Below are positions 1 to 7,547 of a stretch of 56,283 bases of DNA, one piece after another (within the stretch, counting starts at the first letter, position 1; the number at the start of each line of letters is the position of its first letter). Below the pieces are notes generated by a model. The model was not told the DNA's origin and made no database searches. It saw only the letters and a program-made list of their open reading frames with translations. Source of the DNA: a virus; UHGV virus genome UHGV-0315882; one strand, written 5' to 3'. The position numbers were made by a program, and so were the translations under genes.

Positions 1-15
1 GTTAATAATAGCCAT

Positions 16-116
16 TTTCAGAATCTCCAGTTTAGGACTTTATTTAGTGGGGAAGGTCATTCCCTCCCCGTTGATGTGTAATTTAGCCTATCTAAAAACC
101 AGTGTCAACAAAATTT
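16..116 (-). promoter_or_regulatory. Early-gene cassette type 1: sigma70-like promoter, GC hairpin, RBS
   Basis: Minus strand reads TTGACA (104-109), ~18 bp spacer, TAAATT (80-85), imperfect inverted repeat GGGGAAGG/CCCTCCCC (49-69), GGAGA RBS, then an ATG at 15-13 whose ORF runs off the window. Near-identical copy at 1064-1155. Confidence 0.5.
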
Positions 117-521
117 TTAGAGTTCTGCATAAATTGCATCGCAGATATTACGAAAATCATGACTTGCCAAATTACGTTGCAACCAAGTGGCAAAGAAATC
201 AGCGATTGCAAAATTTGCGTCATACTCGACAGATAACCACACTTTAACAGCAAATCGGAACATTTTCAAATCTAACTCTTTATTCATTACCTTAGATTTG
301 CCTAACATGTCGGCCATTTCATGTTGTGCACCGTCTAGCGTGATACCTGCTGCAACGTCAGTCAATGAGTTTTTTACGCTTTCAACGTCTAAGATAACAC
401 TTTGAATCTTCCCAATAATGTTTTGCAGTGTTTCATCTGGTGCTGATGACGTGATAACATTAATCCGGTTAACGGTCAAACGTGCTTTTAAGATAGATAA
501 CTCACGATTATTAATAGCCAT
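117..521 (-). CDS. hypothetical early protein (134 aa)
   Basis: ORF with GGAGA RBS ~7 nt upstream of ATG, directly downstream of cassette 522-612; no recognisable motif. Confidence 0.55.
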   Translation of the reverse strand: MAINNRELSILKARLTVNRINVITSSAPDETLQNIIGKIQSVILDVESVKNSLTDVAAGITLDGAQHEMADMLGKSKVMNKELDLKMFRFAVKVWLSVEYDANFAIADFFATWLQRNLASHDFRNICDAIYAEL

Positions 522-612
522 TTTTGAATCTCCAATTTAGGATTTAGTGGTAAAGCTCTTTATCTGGGGCTTACTGTACAGACTTATAAGCCCCTTGTAA
601 AGTACTTTATGC
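522..612 (-). promoter_or_regulatory. Early-gene cassette type 2: TTTACA, GGGGCTTA/TAAGCCCC inverted repeat bracketing a TANNNT hexamer, RBS
   Basis: Conserved flanks shared with copies at 1775-1866, 2380-2464, 2759-2847 and 3229-3318; stem 566-573/587-594; minus-strand TTTACA, 17 bp, TACAGT. Confidence 0.5.
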
Positions 613-921
613 TAAATGCAGCTTTTTGCCTTTTACTATGATGTAACTTGATGCGCTATTGCCGCATACATCTTGATAAATTCTACGCAAACGGCCTTTG
701 TAGTATACTTTCCAACTGGTTGGAATCTTTTTCCCGTATCCTGTAGCAGTTTTTTGGAGTCCTGCAACTTGCCAATCCAAAATGTGCTGTTCAGCCCGTA
801 AATCTTCAAAGCACATCACACCGTCTACATAGTGGCGTAGGGTTACGTTTAAGGTGCGACCGTTGTTAGTAGTGTACATTTTTGAATCTCCTAGTTTAAG
901 GACTTTATTTTGACAGTTCAC
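607..921 (-). CDS. hypothetical protein (104 aa)
   Basis: ORF preceded by a degenerate cassette remnant with GGAGA RBS; stop codon embedded in the conserved cassette flank. Confidence 0.5.
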   Translation of the reverse strand: MNCQNKVLKLGDSKMYTTNNGRTLNVTLRHYVDGVMCFEDLRAEQHILDWQVAGLQKTATGYGKKIPTSWKVYYKGRLRRIYQDVCGNSASSYIIVKGKKLHLA

Positions 922-1063
922 TAATTAAGACATCAAAGATTATATCATTATCTGCTACAGTTGCAACACCAGTGATATAATCAATTTCTAAGATAACAAC
1001 AACTTTCGTACATAAACCGTCATCTATATCATTCCAGATAACTTTATCACCTGCACAAAACAT
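905..1063 (-). CDS. small hypothetical protein (52 aa, below the ORF-track threshold)
   Basis: Hand translation MFCAGDKVIWNDIDDGLCTKVVVILEIDYITGVATVADNDIIFDVLISELSK; ATG immediately downstream of a full cassette (1064-1155) with GGAGA RBS. Confidence 0.3.
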   Translation of the reverse strand: MFCAGDKVIWNDIDDGLCTKVVVILEIDYITGVATVADNDIIFDVLISELSK

Positions 1064-1155
1064 TTTAGAATCTCCAGTTTAGGACTTTATTTAGTGGGGA
1101 AGGTCATTCCCTCCCCGTTGATGTGTAATTTAGCCTATCTAAAAATCAGTGTCAA
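1064..1155 (-). promoter_or_regulatory. Early-gene cassette type 1 (second copy)
   Basis: Near-identical to 16-116: TTGACA, hairpin 1096-1116, GGAGA RBS. Confidence 0.5.
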
Positions 1156-1484
1156 TAGTTCTGTTTTCGTTTGCTCAATTCTTGAACAATTACAGCGTAG
1201 TAGTCTTTTAAGTCACTGACATTTAAAGCATTTATCAGAGAATTATAATCATCAACTAACTGGAAATCATCTTTGAAGATGTCACTTATCTGATAGGTTT
1301 TCGCTTTGTATCTGAAGCTCATCTCTAGCCGCTTTATTTGCTCATCGCTTAAACGCTCTAGAAAGCTCATTACAAGGTTATTGCTAACCTGCTGCGTGAT
1401 TGCCTTACTTGCCAGATTATAGGCTTTATATGCCTTATAAAGTGCTATAATGGCTATGATTGCAGTAATGCCAGTTATTAACAT
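1152..1484 (-). CDS. hypothetical membrane protein (110 aa)
   Basis: Strongly hydrophobic N-terminus (LITGITAIIAIIALY); start overlaps the stop of the upstream ORF. Confidence 0.5.
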   Translation of the reverse strand: MLITGITAIIAIIALYKAYKAYNLASKAITQQVSNNLVMSFLERLSDEQIKRLEMSFRYKAKTYQISDIFKDDFQLVDDYNSLINALNVSDLKDYYAVIVQELSKRKQNY

Positions 1485-1774
1485 GGTGTTTCCTCTTTAC
1501 GTGATACCTTGCCACTTACAGATATCTCATAAGACTCTAATAAATCACTTTTAGACTTTACAGGACTTTTAAAAGTATCATCATAAATATTTACTTGCAA
1601 TACAGGTTTTTTATACTCCCTGCAACTATTCCATAAACAAATCACTACACGACGGCCTTTTATTTTGCCGTGTAACCATTCCATAACATCATGACTATTC
1701 CTTGATGTTTCAATGAAATCAATTTTGTTGAGTAATTTGCTCAGATTCTCACGAACATGATTTGATAATTTCAT
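1478..1774 (-). CDS. hypothetical protein (98 aa)
   Basis: ORF with GGAGA RBS, directly downstream of cassette 1775-1866. Confidence 0.5.
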   Translation of the reverse strand: MKLSNHVRENLSKLLNKIDFIETSRNSHDVMEWLHGKIKGRRVVICLWNSCREYKKPVLQVNIYDDTFKSPVKSKSDLLESYEISVSGKVSRKEETPC

Positions 1775-1866
1775 TTTAGAATCTCCTAGTTTAAGGGATT
1801 TATTTGATAAATCTCTTTATCTGGGGCTATCATATCCGCTTGTTAGCCCCGTGTAAAGAAATCTAT
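1775..1866 (-). promoter_or_regulatory. Early-gene cassette type 2 variant
   Basis: Stem GGGGCTA/TAGCCCC (1823-1829/1844-1850); minus-strand TTTACA, 17 bp, TATGAT; GGAGA RBS. Confidence 0.5.
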
Positions 1867-2379
1867 TTAGTTCTTAAAGATATTCATCACTGAATCTTTT
1901 AATGCTTCCAAGCGTTCTGATACTTCAGATTCTGCGTCTGCGTTGTTCACCTCTTCTTTTAGTCTATCCTCTAAATCATCGCCGTCACGATAGCACCAAT
2001 CGAAAGCATAACCAAGATAAAAACTCTCTAAAACCGTGCTACCGTTTGCATCCACAACTTTCGCGGCAAGGTTGTATTCTGAAGCCTCTAAATCTCTTTC
2101 TAGTTCTTTCTGTAAGCTGGTGTAAGCCTCTTTTGATGGGTTTTCCCGGCCTTGTTTTGCATAGTCACTTGAAAGCTGTTTAAGGCTGTAATGTAAAGGG
2201 ATTGCATATTTAAAATCATTACGCTGACAGTTGGGGTTTTTAATAGTCACGCCGCCTTGATGGTCATCTGTAAATTCCCAATTATCAAGATTATGGCTTG
2301 CTTCAAAGCAATTAACTGCTTCGTAAATGATGGAAAATTTTTCTTTTACAACTTCAAAGGTAGCGTCTACAGTTTTCAT
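1867..2379 (-). CDS. hypothetical acidic protein (170 aa)
   Basis: ORF with cassette-borne RBS; no recognisable motif. Confidence 0.55.
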   Translation of the reverse strand: MKTVDATFEVVKEKFSIIYEAVNCFEASHNLDNWEFTDDHQGGVTIKNPNCQRNDFKYAIPLHYSLKQLSSDYAKQGRENPSKEAYTSLQKELERDLEASEYNLAAKVVDANGSTVLESFYLGYAFDWCYRDGDDLEDRLKEEVNNADAESEVSERLEALKDSVMNIFKN

Positions 2380-2464
2380 TTTTGAATCTCCAGTTTAGGA
2401 TTTAGTGGTAAAGCTCTTTATCTGGGGCTTAAGATATCAACTTTTAAGCCCCTTGTAAAGTACT
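2380..2464 (-). promoter_or_regulatory. Early-gene cassette type 2
   Basis: Stem GGGGCTTAA/TTAAGCCCC (2424-2432/2444-2452); TTTACA, 17 bp, TATCTT; GGAGA RBS. Confidence 0.5.
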
Positions 2465-2758
2465 TTATTTGTTAATTTTCAGCTTTGCATAACTTCTCAT
2501 TGTACGAATGGTGGATGTTAATGCTACGCGTCTAATGTATGCCTTTTTCGTGTATACAGTTGTCTTCCCGATAGTGTTTACACATGTAAAAAGGTTTATC
2601 GGTGAATTTTTTAACTTCAACTGTTTATCAGCCTTCACGCCCCACCTTACAGCAGATTGTTTTCCGTTGTCAACCACTTTTCCGCATAACTTTTTAGCCA
2701 TAACGCGAGCGTCATCACGAGTTTTTGCAGCAATTACAACGTTTTTGATAATAGCCAT
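2465..2758 (-). CDS. hypothetical basic protein (97 aa)
   Basis: ORF after cassette 2759-2847; N-terminus MAII resembles that of ORF 117-521 (MAIN). Confidence 0.5.
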   Translation of the reverse strand: MAIIKNVVIAAKTRDDARVMAKKLCGKVVDNGKQSAVRWGVKADKQLKLKNSPINLFTCVNTIGKTTVYTKKAYIRRVALTSTIRTMRSYAKLKINK

Positions 2759-2847
2759 TTTTTAGTTCTCCAATTTAGGATTTAGTGGTAAAGCTCTTTA
2801 TCTGGGGCTTACTTTATCGAACTATAAGCCCCTTGTAAAGTACTTTA
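2759..2847 (-). promoter_or_regulatory. Early-gene cassette type 2
   Basis: Stem 2804-2811/2825-2832; loop identical to the copy at 3229-3318. Confidence 0.5.
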
Positions 2848-3228
2848 TCAGTTAATTTTGAAAATTGTCACATATCCGTCACTGCCGATTATTTGAGATA
2901 CTCCAGCTTTTTCCACTGAATAGCCCATATTTTCAAGATGATAAACAGCATCATCATAACCATATGCGCCACCCTGATAACGTCTCTTATCGCATCTTAT
3001 CAGGTTTTTACCACGTCCTGCAAGTGCATTCAGTACAGCTTTTTCACTTGATAGCATACCATCTAACATGGTTGCCGTGTAATGGTTGATTCTATTCCCA
3101 TTTACATCATACTTAAAATTGAATGCGTGAACAACGATAATGTTACCTTTAAAATTTTCATCAAGTGACTTCTCCAGTGCGTTGCGAAAGTTGTCTTTGT
3201 TGATGAATTTAGGTGCACGATATGCCAT
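2848..3228 (-). CDS. hypothetical protein (126 aa)
   Basis: ORF with cassette-borne RBS. Confidence 0.55.
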   Translation of the reverse strand: MAYRAPKFINKDNFRNALEKSLDENFKGNIIVVHAFNFKYDVNGNRINHYTATMLDGMLSSEKAVLNALAGRGKNLIRCDKRRYQGGAYGYDDAVYHLENMGYSVEKAGVSQIIGSDGYVTIFKIN

Positions 3229-3318
3229 TTTTGAATCTCCTAGTTTAAGGGTTATTTAGTAAAGCTCTTTATCTGGGGCTTACTTTATCGAACTATAAGC
3301 CCCTTGTAAAGTACTTTA
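3229..3318 (-). promoter_or_regulatory. Early-gene cassette type 2
   Basis: Stem 3275-3282/3296-3303; loop identical to the copy at 2759-2847. Confidence 0.5.
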
Positions 3319-3525
3319 TTAGATATCGTAGTAATAAACTGCTGTCTGTCTTATGTGCTTTCTTGTATTTCTTGTAAGGTAGCAATTAGAATTAATAGCC
3401 GTTTCTACATAGTTGCAGTAGTCAGCTTCTGATATTCTGGACCATGCGCCACATACTTGCATGTAAAAACGTTTTACCTTTGTGTTAACGTTAGTTGTAA
3501 CCATCAATTCACGACTATAAAGCAT
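3319..3525 (-). CDS. hypothetical protein (68 aa)
   Basis: ORF with GGAGA RBS after cassette 3526-3606. Confidence 0.45.
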   Translation of the reverse strand: MLYSRELMVTTNVNTKVKRFYMQVCGAWSRISEADYCNYVETAINSNCYLTRNTRKHIRQTAVYYYDI

Positions 3526-3606
3526 TTTCGATTCTCCAGTTTAGGAAGTGGGCTTGCTTGCCCGTCTGATGCAAATATTAGATAACCATACTCAAAGAGT
3601 CAATAG
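3526..3606 (-). promoter_or_regulatory. Early-gene cassette variant (TTGACT, 17 bp, TAATAT, short GGGC/GCCC hairpin, RBS)
   Basis: Same architecture as type 1 with a different, weaker hairpin (3550-3563). Confidence 0.4.
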
Positions 3607-3780
3607 GAATTTTAAAAATATTTTTGGCAAAAATGTAATGAAACGGGTGCGCGCGACTACCACAAAACAGAACTACAATCAAGAATTATTTTTCAATCCG
3701 CTACAAATTTTTCTGTTGACTTTTATTTCCAGATGTGGTAGCCTTGTGAGAAATGGCGACATCCCCACCTGCACCCACCT

Positions 3781-3963
3781 ACCTGCACAATTCTAAAATG
3801 ATTTTTCTTGCCCGACCTGATTTTTCTCTGCACGTTTTGAAAATGAAAAAGCTCTTTGGAGATTACCTGCACAGTTTGAAAATGAATTTTCTCTTTGGAG
3901 TTCAAAATTTTCTCTACAGATTTCTCTATAGAAATATACCTGCACAATTCTGAAATGAAAAAG
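3781..3963. repeat. Four direct copies of a ~22-26 bp motif in noncoding DNA
   Basis: Copies at 3781-3802, 3827-3851, 3865-3886, 3938-3963 (ACCTGCACA[A/G]TT[C/T]T[A/G]AAATGA); CTCTTTGGAG also occurs twice. Confidence 0.6.
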
Positions 3964-4031
3964 CCCTCCTTACCTGAAAAATTTACCAGATAAGAAAGGC
4001 TTAGTCTATTGTGAATATCCTACGAAGTTTC

Positions 4032-4817
4032 TTAGTTCTTTGCGTCTAAGAAGGTAAGCTCTGGTGAAGAGAAAACCGTCTCGATATCCTCATCAGTTCT
4101 TGCATAGATGTAAGCATCTGCATCACTGCCAAATGTTACTGCAATCCTGTGATTGCTCTTCGACAGGTGGGTAACTAGAGCGTTACTTAGAGACATCTTT
4201 TCAACCGGAGGGTTACTTTGATGTATCTTGCCTTTTCTTCGTCTGAAGAGGGTAACTACATCATTAGTGAACACTACTACACCAGCAAAGTATTCTGGTT
4301 CACAGTAGTTCTTCCAACCTGAGCGTAACTTGTGGTACATCTCTCCTTCATAGACATACAGATACACATCTACACTCTTCATCACCTGATTAATGATGAC
4401 TGTGACGGCTTGAGAGTCTAGTCCACCGATACCTGCACCAATCATAGGTAACCCAACTTTCTTCAACTGATTGACTTCACAGTATCTGTTAAGTTGTTTC
4501 AAAGATGATTCTAAAGCACTGTATCGGGCATCTTTACCAGTCTTAAGCTGAGTGTAAAGGTTAGCTATACGGCCTTGTTCTAAACGTGCTACAGAGAAAT
4601 TGCCTAGTAAATTTTCACAGGGTTTGTGACCTATGCCACCTGCATACAGATAAACTTCTGTATCGGTCTCATATGCTTTTGGGTAAAGTTTAGAAATCTT
4701 GTCAGCGATACCTGCACCCATTAAGTTCATACAGTTGCAACCGTGACCAATGATATCAAACTTACCTTTATCAAATGCGGAGAAGATATCCCCATTGATG
4801 ATTTTTACAATACCCAT
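4032..4817 (-). CDS. TARG1/OARD1-like macrodomain protein with unknown C-terminal domain (261 aa)
   Basis: N-terminal ~150 aa carry GDIF...HGCNCMNLMGAGIA...LPMIGAGIGGLD, matching TARG1-type macrodomain hallmarks recalled from memory; GGGAGAGA RBS. Confidence 0.6.
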   Translation of the reverse strand: MGIVKIINGDIFSAFDKGKFDIIGHGCNCMNLMGAGIADKISKLYPKAYETDTEVYLYAGGIGHKPCENLLGNFSVARLEQGRIANLYTQLKTGKDARYSALESSLKQLNRYCEVNQLKKVGLPMIGAGIGGLDSQAVTVIINQVMKSVDVYLYVYEGEMYHKLRSGWKNYCEPEYFAGVVVFTNDVVTLFRRRKGKIHQSNPPVEKMSLSNALVTHLSKSNHRIAVTFGSDADAYIYARTDEDIETVFSSPELTFLDAKN

Positions 4818-5018
4818 TTAGCATCTCTCCCAAGATTCTTTATCTTCTGAAGGTTTTACACGTTGTCCTTCGTGGTCTACCCAGATACATCCACAACCTT
4901 CACAGATTACTGGCATTGCATAGCCAGCTTTAAAGTCATCTTCAGTGATAAGACCTTTTAAGTCACCTGTATCACGTCCGAACATTTCGATAGCACAGTC
5001 TTTGCAGAAGTCAGCCAT
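4818..5018 (-). CDS. small Cys-rich protein, putative zinc-binding (66 aa)
   Basis: CKDC...CEGCGC; start placed at the internal ATG (MADF) with AGAGG RBS because the track start is a GTG. Confidence 0.4.
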   Translation of the reverse strand: MADFCKDCAIEMFGRDTGDLKGLITEDDFKAGYAMPVICEGCGCIWVDHEGQRVKPSEDKESWERC

Positions 5019-5244
5019 GAATAATTGCCTCTTGAATGATGATGCCTTTACCACAACGACTTTTAAAATCTTCTAATGGTTCAGAGAAGAAGTCACGGAA
5101 ATGGTTACTGCACTCACGTTTTATCACCTTCTTGTAAGTTAACACATCTTCTTCTGCAAACGGGATGACTTCATGTCTCCCTTTGAATACTGCTGAACGT
5201 ACAATCTTGCGGGTCTTTTTATCTCTGGCTAGTATTACTTTCAT
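5011..5244 (-). CDS. hypothetical protein (77 aa)
   Basis: ORF in tight same-strand array. Confidence 0.45.
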   Translation of the reverse strand: MKVILARDKKTRKIVRSAVFKGRHEVIPFAEEDVLTYKKVIKRECSNHFRDFFSEPLEDFKSRCGKGIIIQEAIIHG

Positions 5245-5551
5245 AGTTTACCTTCTCAGTTAGCTCATACAAGTCAACATGCTCAATGCTATCAATGTTG
5301 ATACCAATCTTTTTGAAGCGTTCTATCACTTCGTTGTCAGTCATCCATATCAGACACCAATGATTATGGATGGATTCTTCAAGAAGGTCAACACAGTCTT
5401 TAAAAGTTTTTGTATCACTTCTTGTTCCGACTACTGCGATTGTCCCATACAACCACTTACCATTGCCATAAGATACTTGTGCTACGCCAACTTCTTTATC
5501 TTTCTCGTAGTAAACGGCTACAAAGTCTCTTCCATTAATCTGCATAGTCAC
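5219..5551 (-). CDS. hypothetical protein (110 aa)
   Basis: ORF in tight same-strand array. Confidence 0.5.
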   Translation of the reverse strand: MTMQINGRDFVAVYYEKDKEVGVAQVSYGNGKWLYGTIAVVGTRSDTKTFKDCVDLLEESIHNHWCLIWMTDNEVIERFKKIGINIDSIEHVDLYELTEKVNYESNTSQR

Positions 5552-5817
5552 TTCCTCGTTTTAAGAACTGCTAAGATTTCTTTAGAGTCTGGTAAGAACC
5601 ATGTGTAGTGATTCTCTTTGATTTCTGGATGAGTGTCAACCTTTATTTTGCACTCTTTACCAACATGCTTAAGCTGTGCTGTGACACCTTGCATAAAGAT
5701 ATGACACATCACGTTATCCATAATGGTTGGTGAGAAATCAACCCGCATATAAGTTTCTTTTGGTCGTGGTAGCAGTAAATACCCTTCTACATAGAAAGTA
5801 TCTTCATTCTCTGTCAT
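5548..5817 (-). CDS. hypothetical protein (89 aa)
   Basis: ATGA start/stop overlap with the upstream gene. Confidence 0.5.
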   Translation of the reverse strand: MTENEDTFYVEGYLLLPRPKETYMRVDFSPTIMDNVMCHIFMQGVTAQLKHVGKECKIKVDTHPEIKENHYTWFLPDSKEILAVLKTRK

Positions 5818-6083
5818 TGCTGTTTGTTTCCTAATAAAATCATATCAATAAGGTTATTAGCTTTGATTGTGCACTGGTAAAAACCATCACGATAAAACTC
5901 AAGGGCTGCTGCCACATCACTACCAGTATTACCTTTGACAGTGAATCTTGACTCTTCTTGAGTGTACTTGTCACTCTCACTTACTTGGGAGTTTTTGAAT
6001 GTACTGTTCACTTTGTTCGTTGAACACCCTGACATAATTATCAGTAACACAAACATTATAAAACTCTGGCTTAGTCTTTTCAT
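5814..6083 (-). CDS. putative outer-membrane lipoprotein, o-spanin-like (89 aa)
   Basis: Signal peptide with lipobox-like IMSGC; start lies within the 3' end of the upstream membrane/coiled-coil gene, as in overlapping Rz/Rz1 pairs. Confidence 0.45.
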   Translation of the reverse strand: MKRLSQSFIMFVLLIIMSGCSTNKVNSTFKNSQVSESDKYTQEESRFTVKGNTGSDVAAALEFYRDGFYQCTIKANNLIDMILLGNKQQ

Positions 6084-6324
6084 ATGTTATTACCTCTTTT
6101 GTGTGCTTATTCTTAGCAAGCACATCTTTCAAATCATTTTTGTAATTGGTGCTGAGTGTGGCTAAACCTTCCTGATAAGCATCTTTGGCAACACTTATTA
6201 GTTTCTCATTATTTAGCTCAGCTTCAGCAACTTGGTAGTCTCTGTAAGAGTATCCTCCCCAGACACCTGCTCCAACTAAGAAAACAATTATGAAAGTAGC
6301 TTGGCAGAACTCTTTAAATGTCAT
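5977..6324 (-). CDS. putative i-spanin-like protein (115 aa)
   Basis: N-terminal transmembrane helix followed by a charged, helical periplasmic region; overlaps the lipoprotein gene. Confidence 0.45.
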   Translation of the reverse strand: MTFKEFCQATFIIVFLVGAGVWGGYSYRDYQVAEAELNNEKLISVAKDAYQEGLATLSTNYKNDLKDVLAKNKHTKEVITYEKTKPEFYNVCVTDNYVRVFNEQSEQYIQKLPSK

Positions 6325-6340
6325 TTAACAATCTCCTGAA

Positions 6341-6366
6341 ATGAAAAAGGCTCCCGAAGGAGCCTG
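6341..6366 (-). terminator. Intrinsic terminator
   Basis: GGCTCC-cgaa-GGAGCC stem-loop followed by a T-run on the minus strand. Confidence 0.6.
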
Positions 6367-6376
6367 TATCTTAACC

Positions 6377-6841
6377 TTAACTGAGGACTTTAGCAAGGAT
6401 ATTCGCAGCCATCGAAGAAGCTTTTGCAGCAGCAACTACGCCAGCTTTGACAGTGCCATCCTTAATAGCAGATACCGTTGCAGCATCAGTAAAGAGGTAA
6501 GTGATTGTTTTAGAACCACTTGTAAAGGAAAGCATAAGAGTAGTTTCCAGATTGAAAGAGCGATACGGAGCACCTTCTTTAACGATACCTTCAGCACCTA
6601 ACTCTGAAGCCTTACCCATATCATAAATAGTCATCAGGTTTTCTTTGTGTGCAGTCGTTGAACCAGCACCTTTTACGTGCTTTTTAACATTCAACAATGC
6701 ACGATATTCACGAATGCTGCCATCAGCTTTTACATTAACAGCACGAAAAATTTTACCTTCAAAGTTACCTTGAATCAATTTACGAACTACTACAGATTTG
6801 TTTGTCGTATCGTCCAGTGCTACCGTAATGATATTGTTCAT
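6377..6841 (-). CDS. hypothetical protein (154 aa)
   Basis: ORF with its own downstream terminator; Ala/Gly/Thr-rich. Confidence 0.55.
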   Translation of the reverse strand: MNNIITVALDDTTNKSVVVRKLIQGNFEGKIFRAVNVKADGSIREYRALLNVKKHVKGAGSTTAHKENLMTIYDMGKASELGAEGIVKEGAPYRSFNLETTLMLSFTSGSKTITYLFTDAATVSAIKDGTVKAGVVAAAKASSMAANILAKVLS

Positions 6842-6851
6842 AAGTTTTCTC

Positions 6852-7547
6852 TCAATGTTTAACTAACATGGTTTTAATGTGTGGAAGGATTCTGTTTACC
6901 TTCTGAACATTCATCTCTGTATCTTCTATAAAGCATACTATATTAAAGTAAGGAAGAATGCAAGACTGAATCATCCTAACTTTTAAACTTTCTGCACTTA
7001 TAGAGTTAGTTCCAAAACCACGCATGAAAAGCATGTAATCATGCTCTATGTAATGCCTTAAAAACATCTCAGTAGGTATTCTCTGAGATTCACCCCTCGC
7101 TGTCAAGAGTCCAATGGCAGCATGGTTAGCAATTGCATCAATAATATTGAAAACATACGTTGGTTTTGCTCTTACAGAGTCAAGCAAATTAGTGTACTGT
7201 GAAAATGACCCATCAATCAATTCTGTTGAGCAATCTTCGTGATTAAAATTTGTAAGAACACCATCAATATCTGCTAAGATGAGGTTACCTTTTTCTACAA
7301 GGTCTTTATTGACTATGACTAAGCTGTCACGCCTTACACCTATAGTTTGTCCAGTCTCTTTATCTACAACATTCACAATTGTCTCTGATGTGTGGAACTC
7401 TTCGAGTGAACATACAACTTCTCTTGCGGTGTCTTCAAAATCCCTACACTGTTCTGGAGTCCATACACAGGAATCAAGACCTAACTCATGAGGATGTAAG
7501 TCATAAGCATGACACAGTACTTCATCAGACTTTCTTAATTTTTTCAT
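6852..7547 (-). CDS. HAD-family phosphatase, 5'(3')-deoxyribonucleotidase-like (231 aa)
   Basis: ILADIDGVLTNF matches HAD motif I (DxDGV) as in NT5C-type nucleotidases. Confidence 0.45.
   Translation of the reverse strand: MKKLRKSDEVLCHAYDLHPHELGLDSCVWTPEQCRDFEDTAREVVCSLEEFHTSETIVNVVDKETGQTIGVRRDSLVIVNKDLVEKGNLILADIDGVLTNFNHEDCSTELIDGSFSQYTNLLDSVRAKPTYVFNIIDAIANHAAIGLLTARGESQRIPTEMFLRHYIEHDYMLFMRGFGTNSISAESLKVRMIQSCILPYFNIVCFIEDTEMNVQKVNRILPHIKTMLVKH

Noticed and set aside
1-3610. Repeated ~90 bp elements separated by unique sequence could look like a CRISPR array
   Set aside because: Repeats are far longer than CRISPR repeats, the 300-500 bp 'spacers' are protein-coding ORFs with RBS and start codons, and each repeat carries promoter and RBS signals.
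3723-3953. ORF-track hits 3723-3947 (-) and 3753-3953 (+) inside the direct-repeat region
   Set aside because: Both are generated by the repeat array itself, overlap on opposite strands, lack RBS, and have low-complexity translations; the region is treated as noncoding.
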